This document shows, in pieces, positions 27,711-37,507 of a DNA stretch of 64,000 nt. Under the pieces are notes generated by a model that searched no databases, had not been told where the DNA came from, and saw nothing but the letters and a program-made list of their open reading frames with translations. Origin of the DNA: Anaerolineae bacterium (lineage in GTDB: Bacteria; Chloroflexota; Anaerolineae; Aggregatilineales; Phototrophicaceae); contig JAJECX010000040.1 of NCBI GenBank assembly GCA_022821805.1, positions 6,929 to 70,928 of the forward strand, written 5' to 3'. Position 1 is the stretch's first letter. Every line of letters begins with the position of its first letter. The position numbers and the translations under genes are program-made.

Positions 27711-29438
27711 ATGGCTGGGAATGGTCTCGACCCACTGACACTGGAAATCCTATGGCAGCGCTTGATCACGGTTGCTGATCAGATGTCGACGACGCTGGCG
27801 CGCACGGCTTTTTCCACCACGATCACAGCCTCAAACGATTACGGCTGTGTGCTCATCGACGTCGATGCCCAATGCATTGCGCACGCGCAGCGCAGCCTGC
27901 CCATATTCAACCGCACCATGCCCTATACGACCGGGCTGATTCTGGAACGCTTCGGGCGCGAGCATATCCGCCCGGGCGATGTCTTCATCTCAAACGATCC
28001 CTGGGAGAATGCCGGGCACAACCCGGATATCACGGTGATTACGCCGTTTTTTAATGGCGGCGCGCTAGTGGGTTTCGCCGCCAGCATCGCCCATCATGCT
28101 GATGTTGGCGGCGCGATCGATACCAACCAGGTCAGCGACAGCTACGAAGAAGGGCTTCTAATTCCGCTCGTGCGGCTTTACCGCGCCGGCGAAATCAACC
28201 AGACTGCGCTCGACTTTGTCGAAGCCAACGTCCGCCTGCCAACGGCGGTCATCGGCGATATCCACGCGCAGGTCGCCGCCAACCAAACTGGCGCCGAGCG
28301 CTGCCTTGCGCTGCTGGACGAGTATGGCTTGCCCGATTTGCGCGCGATTTCGGCCGAGATTCATGACCGATCGGAACGCGCAATGCGGACGGCGATCGCC
28401 GCCCTGCCCGATGGCGTTTATCGCTCAAAGGTGGTCGTCGATGAGTTGGATCAGCCCTTGCAGCTAGTCTGCGCGCTGGAAGTGCGCGATGATGAAATCT
28501 TCATCGACTTCAGCGGGACGTCCCCGCAACAGCCGCGCGGCGCCATCAACGTGACTTTCACCTTCACGCATGGGCAAATCTCGTATGCGCTGAAAGCCAC
28601 GCTGCTGCCTGATGTGCCGGGCAACGATGGCTGTTACCGCCCGATTCATGCCAGCGCGCCGGCTGGCTGTATTTTGAACGCCCAACGTCCGGCATCGGTT
28701 AGCCAGCGGCATCGCATCGGCGCGCATATTTTCGGCGCCGTGATCCAAGCATTGGCTGAAGTGCTGCCCGATCGGGTGATCGCGGGCTCGGGTTTTCTCG
28801 TCAGCACGCGCGTCTTCGCCAACGCGAGTGACGGTAGCGCCATCAGCCATTCTTACCTGTTTAGCGCCGGCGGCATGGGCGCAAACGCGCGCGCGAACGG
28901 CATCTCGACTGTGCAGGCGCCGGCGCTGGCGGGCGCGGTGCCCGTTGAACTCTTCGAGATTGCGGTGCCGATATTGACGCGCTCTCGCGAATTCATCCCC
29001 GATTCTGGCGGCGGTGGTCGAGAGCGAGGCGGTCTGGCGCAACGCATGGAACTTGGACTGTTGCCCGGCTACCAGGGGACGGCGACCGTTTCGGTGCATG
29101 CCGCCGGGCAAAATGTGCCGCCTTTTGGCTTGCATGGCGGCGAAGGCGGCGCGCCAGCGCAAATCCTGCGTGACGGCGAAGTTTTAAGCCGCGCGGAAAA
29201 GGTCCAATACGCCAGCGCCTTGCCGCTGACGGAAACCAAGCAAAGGGTCGGCTTCGAGACGGCAGCCGGCGGCGGCTACGGTCCGCCGAAGGAACGGGCG
29301 CCGGAGCGCGTGCGGGCTGATGTGCGCGATGGACTGGTATCGCTAGCGCAGGCGGCACAGACTTATGGCGTCATTCTCGATCGGGAATCGCTGCAAGTCG
29401 ATGTAAAAGCGACAGAAGCGAAACGCCGCGTGATGTAA
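27711..29438 (+). CDS. hydantoinase/oxoprolinase family, B subunit (HyuB-like)
   Basis: Trimmed to MAGNGLDPLTLEILWQRLITVADQMSTTLARTAFS, with AAGGAAGGA upstream. Typical HyuB N-terminus and SNDPWENAGHNPD motif. Confidence 0.85.
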   Translation: MAGNGLDPLTLEILWQRLITVADQMSTTLARTAFSTTITASNDYGCVLIDVDAQCIAHAQRSLPIFNRTMPYTTGLILERFGREHIRPGDVFISNDPWENAGHNPDITVITPFFNGGALVGFAASIAHHADVGGAIDTNQVSDSYEEGLLIPLVRLYRAGEINQTALDFVEANVRLPTAVIGDIHAQVAANQTGAERCLALLDEYGLPDLRAISAEIHDRSERAMRTAIAALPDGVYRSKVVVDELDQPLQLVCALEVRDDEIFIDFSGTSPQQPRGAINVTFTFTHGQISYALKATLLPDVPGNDGCYRPIHASAPAGCILNAQRPASVSQRHRIGAHIFGAVIQALAEVLPDRVIAGSGFLVSTRVFANASDGSAISHSYLFSAGGMGANARANGISTVQAPALAGAVPVELFEIAVPILTRSREFIPDSGGGGRERGGLAQRMELGLLPGYQGTATVSVHAAGQNVPPFGLHGGEGGAPAQILRDGEVLSRAEKVQYASALPLTETKQRVGFETAAGGGYGPPKERAPERVRADVRDGLVSLAQAAQTYGVILDRESLQVDVKATEAKRRVM

Positions 29439-29460
29439 CGCAGGCAAGCGCGAGGGCGAG

Positions 29461-30303
29461 GTGCAAAGCCGATTTGGCAGGCCGAATAAGTGGATCAAGC
29501 TGGGGGCGCAGAATCTCGGCTTGGCGGCTGGCTCCTTGCTGCTGCTGCCTTTCTTGCTTTTTGCATTGCTGCCGACGGTTTTCGCCACCCATGATCCGAT
29601 CAAGACATCGATCCGCGAATTGTATAGCCCTCCCAGCGCCGAACACTTTTTTGGCACCGATGAACTGGGGCGCGATGTATACAGCCGCGTCGTGCATGGC
29701 GCGCGGATTTCCCTCGCTTCCGCATCAATGATCATCGGCATCGCCTGTCTGATCGGCGTTGCGCTCGGCGCCATCGCTGGCTATTGGGGCGGATGGAGCG
29801 ATCGCGTCATTATGACCTTGGTGGACCTGGTGCTGGCTTTTCCCAGCTTGATTTTGGCGCTTGCGGTGAGCGCGGCGTTGGGACCCGGGCTGCGCAGCGC
29901 GATCATCGCGGCCGCAGGCGTCTGGTGGCCCGTGTATGCGCGCCTGCTGCGCGGCATCACCTTGCAGCTGGCTGAGATGGAGTTCGTCACGGCGGCGCGG
30001 GCGATGGGCGCCTCCGCGCCACGGATCATCCTGCGCCATATCTTGCCCAATGCTGTCTATGCCATCATCGTGCGCATCAGCATCGATTTGGGTTTGGCGG
30101 TGCTGCTGCTGGCCAGCCTGAGCTTTATTGGACTTGGCGCCAGCGCGCCGACGCCGGAGTGGGGCGCGATGGTGGCTTGGGGACGGCTCTACTTCTTGAC
30201 CGAGTGGTGGATTGGCGGATTTCCTGCCCTGGCGATCACGCTGGTGGTTGTCGCAATCACCATGCTGGGCGATGGCTTAAATGATTTGCGCACGATCCGC
30301 TAG
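29461..30303 (+). CDS. ABC transporter permease (DppC-like)
   Basis: HFFGTDELGRDVYSRVVHGARISL motif typical of DppC/OppC permeases; GTG start. Confidence 0.85.
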   Translation: MQSRFGRPNKWIKLGAQNLGLAAGSLLLLPFLLFALLPTVFATHDPIKTSIRELYSPPSAEHFFGTDELGRDVYSRVVHGARISLASASMIIGIACLIGVALGAIAGYWGGWSDRVIMTLVDLVLAFPSLILALAVSAALGPGLRSAIIAAAGVWWPVYARLLRGITLQLAEMEFVTAARAMGASAPRIILRHILPNAVYAIIVRISIDLGLAVLLLASLSFIGLGASAPTPEWGAMVAWGRLYFLTEWWIGGFPALAITLVVVAITMLGDGLNDLRTIR

Positions 30304-30346
30304 CAGCATGGCGCTTCCTTGATGATAGAGCAATGAGGAGGTTCGT

Positions 30347-31447
30347 ATGACCAAAAAGGCGCGCACGGACAAACTGTACGCAATTATGCAAGACGCCGGG
30401 CTGGATATGGTCGCCTTGATTCCTGGACCCAACCATCGATATTTGACCGGCGCGGAGCATTATGTATTGGAACGCCCCATCGTGACCTTTTACCGGCCGG
30501 ACCAAATCCCAATCGCAGTCATACCGGAATTGGAAATCCCGCTGTTCGAACGCCATCCAGATCCTGCTGCGCTCATCTCTTACACTGATGCTGACGGTTA
30601 CGAGGGCGCCTTCCGCTCGGCGCTGGACCAGCTTGGCGCGCGCGGGAAGACCATCGGTGTTGAAGGTTTGCAAATGCGCTTTTTTGAAGGCGAAATCATC
30701 CGCCAATGCGCCCCGGGTTCAGCCCTTGTTGATGCAACTGAACCCCTGGCGGAGTTGCGCTTGATCAAGGATGCCGACGAGATCGCTTCTTTGCGCCGCG
30801 CCATCGACATCTCGGAGCGAGCGCTTCAAGCGCTCTTCGACGAAGTGCAAGTGGGCATGAGCGAGATTGAGGCGGCGGCGATCCTCGAGCGCCACATCAA
30901 AGCGCTTGGCGGCGATGGGCTTTCATTCGGCACCATTTTACATGCCGGCGCCAACACGCCGCTGCCGCATTCGGGTCCGCTGGATTACCGCATTCAGCAT
31001 GGCGATCCGCTGATTGTTGATTTTGGCGCCACCTATAAGGGTTATTGCGCCGATATCACGCGCACGGTATTCGTCGGCGCGGTGACGGACGAGCAGCGCG
31101 AATTCTACGCGGTCGTGCAACGGGCAAACGCGGTCGGTCGGCAGGCGGCGCGCCCCGGCGTAACTTGCGAGTCAGTGGATTGGGCAACTCGGCAAGTCTT
31201 CATCGACGCCGGTTACGAGCAGTTGCTGCGTCACCGCACCGGGCATGGCTTGGGCATGGAGGCGCACGAAGCGCCCTATATCGTGATTGGGAACAGGCAA
31301 GTGCTCGAGCCGGGCATGGTGTTTACGATTGAGCCGGGCATGTATCGCATGGGTGACATAGGCGTGCGGATCGAGGATAATATGCTGATCACGGAAGATG
31401 GCGCCGAGAGCTTGACGACCTTTCCGCGTGAACTATTGATCGTCTAG
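30347..31447 (+). CDS. M24B family Xaa-Pro peptidase
   Basis: All five metal ligand positions are recognisable: [47 protein letters not shown] upstream. Confidence 0.85.
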   Translation: MTKKARTDKLYAIMQDAGLDMVALIPGPNHRYLTGAEHYVLERPIVTFYRPDQIPIAVIPELEIPLFERHPDPAALISYTDADGYEGAFRSALDQLGARGKTIGVEGLQMRFFEGEIIRQCAPGSALVDATEPLAELRLIKDADEIASLRRAIDISERALQALFDEVQVGMSEIEAAAILERHIKALGGDGLSFGTILHAGANTPLPHSGPLDYRIQHGDPLIVDFGATYKGYCADITRTVFVGAVTDEQREFYAVVQRANAVGRQAARPGVTCESVDWATRQVFIDAGYEQLLRHRTGHGLGMEAHEAPYIVIGNRQVLEPGMVFTIEPGMYRMGDIGVRIEDNMLITEDGAESLTTFPRELLIV

Positions 31448-31505
31448 GCGCAGGCTCCATTTGGTTGCATGCCCTGGCGAACGCGCAGGAGAAAGGGTCA
31501 ACGCA

Positions 31506-31787
31506 ATGAAAACCGACGTGACACCGGAACAGATTGAGTTCTACCAAGAGAATGGTTACACCATCATTGAAGACTTCCTGACGCCGCATGGCGCTGGCGC
31601 CAATATGACGCCGGGCTGGCGGCGGGCGATGACCTGCGGCTATATGCCCGATGGATCTACCTTCAATGGCATCCGCAATATCTTGCCGCAGGACTATGTC
31701 GATACGCTTGCGATCGGCGATGTGCTGGCTGATGATACGCTCAACCCGCTGATCTGGCATAATACGAAACCTTATATGAATTCGTAG
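31506..31787 (+). pseudogene. internally deleted PhyH-family paralog (93 codons; N-terminus fused in frame to the C-terminal about 65 residues)
   Basis: MKTDVTPEQIEFYQENGYTIIEDFLTP joins directly to HGAGANMTPGWRRAMTCGYMPDGSTFNG... These correspond to residues about 1-27 and about 209-275 of the adjacent full-length gene 31811..32638. The HxD motif is missing. Confidence 0.7.
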
Positions 31788-31810
31788 TTTCGAGCGAAAG
31801 GCGCGGTCAA

Positions 31811-32638
31811 ATGCGATGTGAATTGACGAGCGAACAGATCGCTTTCTATCAAGACAAGGGATATATCGTCATTGAGGACTTCTTGACGCCGGAGGAACTG
31901 GCGACCTGGCGGCTGCGCGTTGACGATGCGGTGGCGCGGCGCGAGAATCGTAAGTTGGCCGACGGGAGCGAGTTGGATGACGACAGCGAAGAGGGCAAGT
32001 ATCGGCGCCTGCGTTTTGTGCAGCGCATCAACCTGTGGATCGACCACGCGGGCATGCGCGAGCTGATATTGGATCCGCGACTGGGCAAGATGGCGAGCGA
32101 GTTGGCGGGCGTGGACGGCATGCGCATCTGGCACGATCAGGCATTGATCAAGCAGCCTTGGGCCAACCCGACCGGCTGGCACCTGGACAACCCGCTCTGG
32201 TCTTATTCTTCGCGTGACGCGCTCAGCATTTGGGTGGCGCTGGACGACGCTACGCTGCAAAACGGCTGCCTCTACTTCCTCCCCGGCGCGCACAAAACAG
32301 CCACATTTGACACTTCGAATATAGGACCCAATATCAGCGACCTCTTCGATCTCTATCCGCAGTGGGCGGAATTGGAATCGGTCGCGGCGCCGATGAAGGC
32401 GGGCTCTTGCTCTTTTCATAACGGTCTGATGCCGCATGGCGCTGGCGCCAATATGACGCCGGGCTGGCGGCGAGCGATGACCTGCGGCTATATGCCCGAT
32501 GGATCAACGTTCAACGGCATTCAGAATATCTTGCCGCAGGATGTCTTTGAGTCGCTGGGAATTGGCGATGTATTGGACGATGACAGCAGGAATCCACTGA
32601 TCTGGCATAAGTCTAAGCCACACGCGATGCCGCAATAG
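31811..32638 (+). CDS. PhyH family Fe(II)/2OG oxygenase
   Basis: QIAFYQDKGYIVIEDFLTPEEL, GWHLDNPLW (HxD), FHNGLMPHGAGAN (distal His). Confidence 0.85.
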   Translation: MRCELTSEQIAFYQDKGYIVIEDFLTPEELATWRLRVDDAVARRENRKLADGSELDDDSEEGKYRRLRFVQRINLWIDHAGMRELILDPRLGKMASELAGVDGMRIWHDQALIKQPWANPTGWHLDNPLWSYSSRDALSIWVALDDATLQNGCLYFLPGAHKTATFDTSNIGPNISDLFDLYPQWAELESVAAPMKAGSCSFHNGLMPHGAGANMTPGWRRAMTCGYMPDGSTFNGIQNILPQDVFESLGIGDVLDDDSRNPLIWHKSKPHAMPQ

Positions 32639-32885
32639 CCGGCGCGGGCAGTCTCAAGCCGGCGATGGACCGCGGCTATCCTTCCTGGCGCGCAGAGCAG
32701 TTATCACGCCTCGATGCGATGAACGCCAGCTATCAATTGAGCGCTTATATCAATGAGAGTGGGAAGGGTGGATATCCGTTAGGCGAACACCGCGACAAAG
32801 TCTCTGACGCACAGGTTGAACTGGAATCGATATCATGAGAGGTGAAGGCGGCAGTCAAATCTGTCTTGCCGATTGGAGGTGAAGA

Positions 32886-33647
32886 ATGCGTCTACAAGGA
32901 CTGGTCTGTATTATTACCGGGGGTGGCAGCGGTATTGGACGCGGCGCTGCCGTCACAATGGCGCAAGAAGGCGCGACGGTTGTCATCATTGGCAGAACGG
33001 AATCAAAATTGGACGCTGTTAAGGCTGAAGTTGCGGCGGCGGGCGGGACGGCAGTCAGTTACACGCTCGATGTCGCTGACTATGATGCGGTCGAACAGAT
33101 GGCAGCAGACGCGCTCGACAAGTTCGGACGAATCGATGTGCTTGTGAACAACGCTGGTCATAGTTCAACTCATCGACATATTCTGGACACGCCCCCTTCG
33201 GAAATACGTTCGGTCATCGATTCCAACCTAATGGGCACATTTTTCTGTACGAAGGCGGTCGTACCAACGATGATGGAAGCGAAAGCGGGCACGATTATCA
33301 ATGTATCGTCGCTCGCGGGGGTAAACCCGGGTCCGTTCAGCGGTTTTGCCTATGGCGCGGCAAAAGCAGCGGTGATTAATTTCACCGAGTTCCTCAACGT
33401 AGATCTGCGGAACACAGGTATCCGAGCAAGCGTGGTGGTTCCTGGCGAGGTGGCGACGCCGATTCTGGACGATCGTCCGATTCCGCCAAACGCTGCCGCC
33501 CGCCAGATGATGGTAGATGTCGATGAAACTTCAGCAGTGATTCTGCTGATCGCGACGCTTCCACAGCGGAGCAACATACCAGAATTAATCATTCGCCCGA
33601 CCATGTTTCGGGATATGGCAAGTGAGATTGTCGGAGTGGATAGTTGA
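32886..33647 (+). CDS. SDR family oxidoreductase
   Basis: ITGGGSGIGRGAA cofactor motif; YGAAKAAV catalytic YxxxK; GAGGTGAAGA upstream. G+C looks lower than the surroundings by eye. Confidence 0.85.
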   Translation: MRLQGLVCIITGGGSGIGRGAAVTMAQEGATVVIIGRTESKLDAVKAEVAAAGGTAVSYTLDVADYDAVEQMAADALDKFGRIDVLVNNAGHSSTHRHILDTPPSEIRSVIDSNLMGTFFCTKAVVPTMMEAKAGTIINVSSLAGVNPGPFSGFAYGAAKAAVINFTEFLNVDLRNTGIRASVVVPGEVATPILDDRPIPPNAAARQMMVDVDETSAVILLIATLPQRSNIPELIIRPTMFRDMASEIVGVDS

Positions 33648-33872
33648 AGAAGGTAATCATCCATTTCTTGGAACGTACAAGTGAAGACCAAGAATAGTAT
33701 TCGATACTGTGGAATGCCTTGCCTCAACCGCGCATTGCTATGGAGATCCATGTTTTAACAGCGATCTTCAAGTCGCAATGATTTTCAGGATTCCAAGAGT
33801 ACATTCGCAATCTTGAGCAAATACGTTAAAATGTCCGCAGAGTACAAAGAGTTCAAGAGAGTCGCATAAATC

Positions 33873-34910
33873 ATGTCAGAACTAAAAGAACTGCGCGTCT
33901 CCAACGAGGCAATGAACGACCGCGAAGAATTGCAGCGCCGGCTAGACGATGAAGGCTATCTCTTCTTCAAGCGGCTGGTGGATCCCGACAAGCTCTGGGA
34001 ATTGCGCCGCGAGATGATGAGCATGATTCAAAAGGTCGGCTGGCTGGTCGCCGACACCGACCCGATGGATGGCATCGCTGATATCAACATGCGCTATACA
34101 GAGGGCGACAACGAATATAGCGCCGGTTACGCCGAGGTTTATAAGATCGAGAACTTCCATCGCTCGGCGCATTGGCCCGAATACCTGGAGATCATCGAGA
34201 AGATGGTCGGTAAACCGATCATGCCGCATCCGCAAAAGATCGCGCGCGTCTGGTTCCCCAAATACACCGAACATACCACGCCAAAACACCAGGACTTCGT
34301 GCACTTCCAGGGCAGCTACGACAATATCACCTGCTGGGCGCCAATCGGCGATTGCCCGATTGAACTGGGCGGCTTGGCAGTTATCCCTGAATCGCACAAG
34401 GTCAACCGCGTGCTGGATCATCACTTCTCGCTGGGCGCCGGCGGGCTGATTGTGCACGAAGACGAGCATGAGGACATCAACCCGGTATGGTATTCCACCG
34501 ATTACGAAGCGGGCGACGCCCTGTTCTTCCCGGCGCTTACGATCCATCAGGCGCTGCCGAATTACACCGAAGACAAGCTGCGGCTCTCGCTGGACAATCG
34601 CTACATGGTCGTCGGCGACAAGGTGGCCGAGCATTTGCTAGCGCCGCACGATCCAAGCCAGCTTACCTGGGACGATATCTACCCGGGCTGGCAGTCGGAT
34701 GATCTCAAGTACTACTGGGAGGATTATGACAATCCAGTTGTCGAACGCGATTTGAGCTATATCGACAAAGCCCGAGTGGAAGTTTTTGAATTGGCGCGCG
34801 CCGGAGACGAGCACGCCATCTATGCGCTGAAGCGCGACGCCAAAAACAGCCCCGATACCGTAGAGCCGGAAGTGTGGGCTATCCTGGACGAGCTTGGCGT
34901 CGAGTATTAA
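33873..34910 (+). CDS. PhyH-like Fe(II)/2OG oxygenase (345 aa)
   Basis: RLDDEGYLFFKRLV, PKHQDFVHF (HxD), LTIHQALPN (distal His), RLSLDNRY. Confidence 0.7.
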   Translation: MSELKELRVSNEAMNDREELQRRLDDEGYLFFKRLVDPDKLWELRREMMSMIQKVGWLVADTDPMDGIADINMRYTEGDNEYSAGYAEVYKIENFHRSAHWPEYLEIIEKMVGKPIMPHPQKIARVWFPKYTEHTTPKHQDFVHFQGSYDNITCWAPIGDCPIELGGLAVIPESHKVNRVLDHHFSLGAGGLIVHEDEHEDINPVWYSTDYEAGDALFFPALTIHQALPNYTEDKLRLSLDNRYMVVGDKVAEHLLAPHDPSQLTWDDIYPGWQSDDLKYYWEDYDNPVVERDLSYIDKARVEVFELARAGDEHAIYALKRDAKNSPDTVEPEVWAILDELGVEY

Positions 34911-34955
34911 CGCGTTCGCCTTCTTTCAATTTGGCGAGCGAAGGTAGAGTAGGTT

Positions 34956-36101
34956 ATGACCTACAAAGAATTGTCGGAAGTCCGGAAGACCTTTCGCGTC
35001 GACTGGTATCGCTGTCCGACGCGTCCGGGTTTGCTGCGCGAGCTATCGCGACGCAGCGACGCGCAGGGTTGGTTCCAGGCTGGCGGGCACCTCGCGCTCT
35101 TCATCTTCACCGGCTCGCTCGTCTTCTACTTTTGGTCGCAGGAACTCTGGTTGGCGTTTCTGCTCGCGCTATTTTGTCACGGTACGGTGACCTCGTTCTT
35201 CCGGGGCGTGGCGCCGCATGAGCTGGGGCATGGCACGGTCTTCAAGACGAAATGGCTGAACAAGTTCTTCATGTACCTGTTCAGCTTGATCGGCTGGTGG
35301 GACCACTTTGACTACGCTAGCAGCCACACCTACCACCATCGCTACACCTTGCATCCGGAGGGCGACCGCGAGGTGCTGCTGCCGATTGAACCGAAGCTGG
35401 CCTCGACATTCGTGCTGCAGTTGTTCACTATCAACTTGCTGACGTTGCCCGGCCGCAGTATCGGCCGAGGCGGATTGATTTCCAGGGTAATCGTGACGGT
35501 TATGGCAGCGTTCGGCATTGATCCGCCGGATGGCGAGTGGATGAGGGCGCTTCATCTGGACCAACCGGAGGAACATCACAACTCGATCTTGTGGTCGCGG
35601 ATATTGCTGCTGTTCCACGGCTCGGTTCTGGTCATCGGCATCATCACCGGCTTGTGGGTCCTGCCGTTGCTCTTCTCGGTCTCGGTATTCATCGGCAACT
35701 GGCTGGCTTATTTCGTCGGCATGCCACAGCATTGCGGACTGCGCGATCACACCTCCGACTTTCGCAAAAACACGCGCTCAATCAAGCTCAATCCACTTTT
35801 CGATTTTCTATACTGGCGGATGGGCTGGCATATCGAGCACCATATGTTTGCTGGCATTCCGTGCTACAACCTGGAAAAGCTTCATAAGGAAGTTGCCCAT
35901 GATATGCCGGAGCCGCGCACGCTGATTGGCGCCTGGAAAGAAATGCGCGAAACCTGGCGGCGACAGAAGTCCGATCCCGACTACCAATATGATACGCCCC
36001 TGCCGCCGACGGCGAAGCGCTCCCGCGAAGATGCGCCCGATGAGCGACTGGAAGGCTCCATTGGCGAATTGGCGCCGGCAGGCCTGCAAGAGCGTAGCTA
36101 G
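34956..36101 (+). CDS. membrane fatty-acid-desaturase-family di-iron oxygenase, copy 1
   Basis: His boxes HELGH, HTYHH, HIEHH; several hydrophobic segments; 381 aa. Confidence 0.85.
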   Translation: MTYKELSEVRKTFRVDWYRCPTRPGLLRELSRRSDAQGWFQAGGHLALFIFTGSLVFYFWSQELWLAFLLALFCHGTVTSFFRGVAPHELGHGTVFKTKWLNKFFMYLFSLIGWWDHFDYASSHTYHHRYTLHPEGDREVLLPIEPKLASTFVLQLFTINLLTLPGRSIGRGGLISRVIVTVMAAFGIDPPDGEWMRALHLDQPEEHHNSILWSRILLLFHGSVLVIGIITGLWVLPLLFSVSVFIGNWLAYFVGMPQHCGLRDHTSDFRKNTRSIKLNPLFDFLYWRMGWHIEHHMFAGIPCYNLEKLHKEVAHDMPEPRTLIGAWKEMRETWRRQKSDPDYQYDTPLPPTAKRSREDAPDERLEGSIGELAPAGLQERS

Positions 36102-36231
36102 CCGTCACCGTGACTGATGGGAGGCGACAATTGGTTGGCATTTGCAGGAGGTCGCCTGATTATACAGCCGCGCCTATTTTCATCAGTTAGACGCCCCGGT
36201 CTAAATTGGTGAGAAATCGGAGGGACAGCCC

Positions 36232-37377
36232 ATGACGTATAAGGAATTGTCAGAAGTGAGGCAGACCTTGCGCGTCGACTGGTATCGCTGTCCGACGCGT
36301 CCGGGTTTGCTGCGCGAGCTATCGCGACGCAGCGACGCGCAGGGTTGGTTCCAGGCTGGCGGGCACCTCGCGCTCTTCATCTTCACCGGCTCGCTCGTAT
36401 TCTACTTTTGGTCGCGAGAAATATGGCTGGCGATGCTGCTCGCGCTGTTCTGTCACGGTACGGTGACAACGTTTTTCCGCGGCGTGGCGCCGCATGAGTT
36501 GGGGCACGGCACGGTCTTCAAGACGAAATGGCTGAACAAGTTCTTCATGTACCTGTTCAGCTTGATCGGCTGGTGGGACCACTTTGACTACGCCAGCAGC
36601 CACACCTATCATCATCGCTACACCTTGCATCCGGAGGGCGACCGCGAGGTGCTGCTGCCGATTGAACCGACGCTGGCCTCGACATTCATGCTGCAGTTGT
36701 TTACCGTCAACTTGCTGTCGTCGCCCCGCCGCATCCTCTCTGGCGGCGGATTGATTTCCAGGGTGTTAGTGACGGCTATGTCAGCAGCCGGCGTTGATCC
36801 GCCGGAACACGAGTGGGTGAGGGCGCTTCATCTGGACCAACCGGAGGAGCATCACAACTCGATCTTGTGGTCGCGGATATTGCTGCTGTTCCACGGCTCA
36901 GTTCTGGTCATCGCCATCGTCACCGGCTTGTGGGTCCTGCCATTGATATTCTCGGTTTCAGTATTCATCGGCAATTGGCTGGGTTATTTCGTCGGCTTGC
37001 CGCAGCATTGCGGACTGCGCGATCACACCTCCGACTTCCGCAAAAACACGCGCTCAATGAAGCTCAATCCACTCTTCGATTTTCTATATTGGCGGATGGG
37101 CTGGCATATCGAGCACCATATGTTCGCCGGCGTTCCATGCTACAACCTCGAAAAACTTTATAAAGAAGTTGCCCATGATATGCCGGAACCGCGCACGTTG
37201 ATCGGCGCCTGGAAAGAAATGCGCGAAACTTGGCGCCGACAGAAGATTGATCCGGACTATCAATACGATACGCCCCTGCCGCCAACGGCGACGAACGTCC
37301 GCGACGATGCGCCGGAAAAGCCGTTGGAAGCGTCAATTGGCGAGTTGGCGCCGGCAGGCCTGCAAGAGCGTAGCTAG
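36232..37377 (+). CDS. membrane fatty-acid-desaturase-family di-iron oxygenase, copy 2
   Basis: Same three His boxes. About 40 of 381 residues differ from copy 1 by my hand count. Confidence 0.85.
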   Translation: MTYKELSEVRQTLRVDWYRCPTRPGLLRELSRRSDAQGWFQAGGHLALFIFTGSLVFYFWSREIWLAMLLALFCHGTVTTFFRGVAPHELGHGTVFKTKWLNKFFMYLFSLIGWWDHFDYASSHTYHHRYTLHPEGDREVLLPIEPTLASTFMLQLFTVNLLSSPRRILSGGGLISRVLVTAMSAAGVDPPEHEWVRALHLDQPEEHHNSILWSRILLLFHGSVLVIAIVTGLWVLPLIFSVSVFIGNWLGYFVGLPQHCGLRDHTSDFRKNTRSMKLNPLFDFLYWRMGWHIEHHMFAGVPCYNLEKLYKEVAHDMPEPRTLIGAWKEMRETWRRQKIDPDYQYDTPLPPTATNVRDDAPEKPLEASIGELAPAGLQERS

Positions 37378-37507
37378 CCGTCACCGCGACTGATGGGCGG
37401 CGACAATTGGTTGGCATTTGCAGGAGGTCGCCTGATTATTCGGCCGCGACTATTTTCATCAGTTAGACGCCCCGGTCTAAATTGGTGAGAAATCGAAGGG
37501 ACAGACC

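Noticed and set aside
32665-32838. 57-codon ORF between the PhyH gene and the SDR gene, as a confident CDS.
   Set aside because: It is below the track threshold, has no recognisable RBS or family and no supporting context. It is mentioned only as a possibility in a finding.
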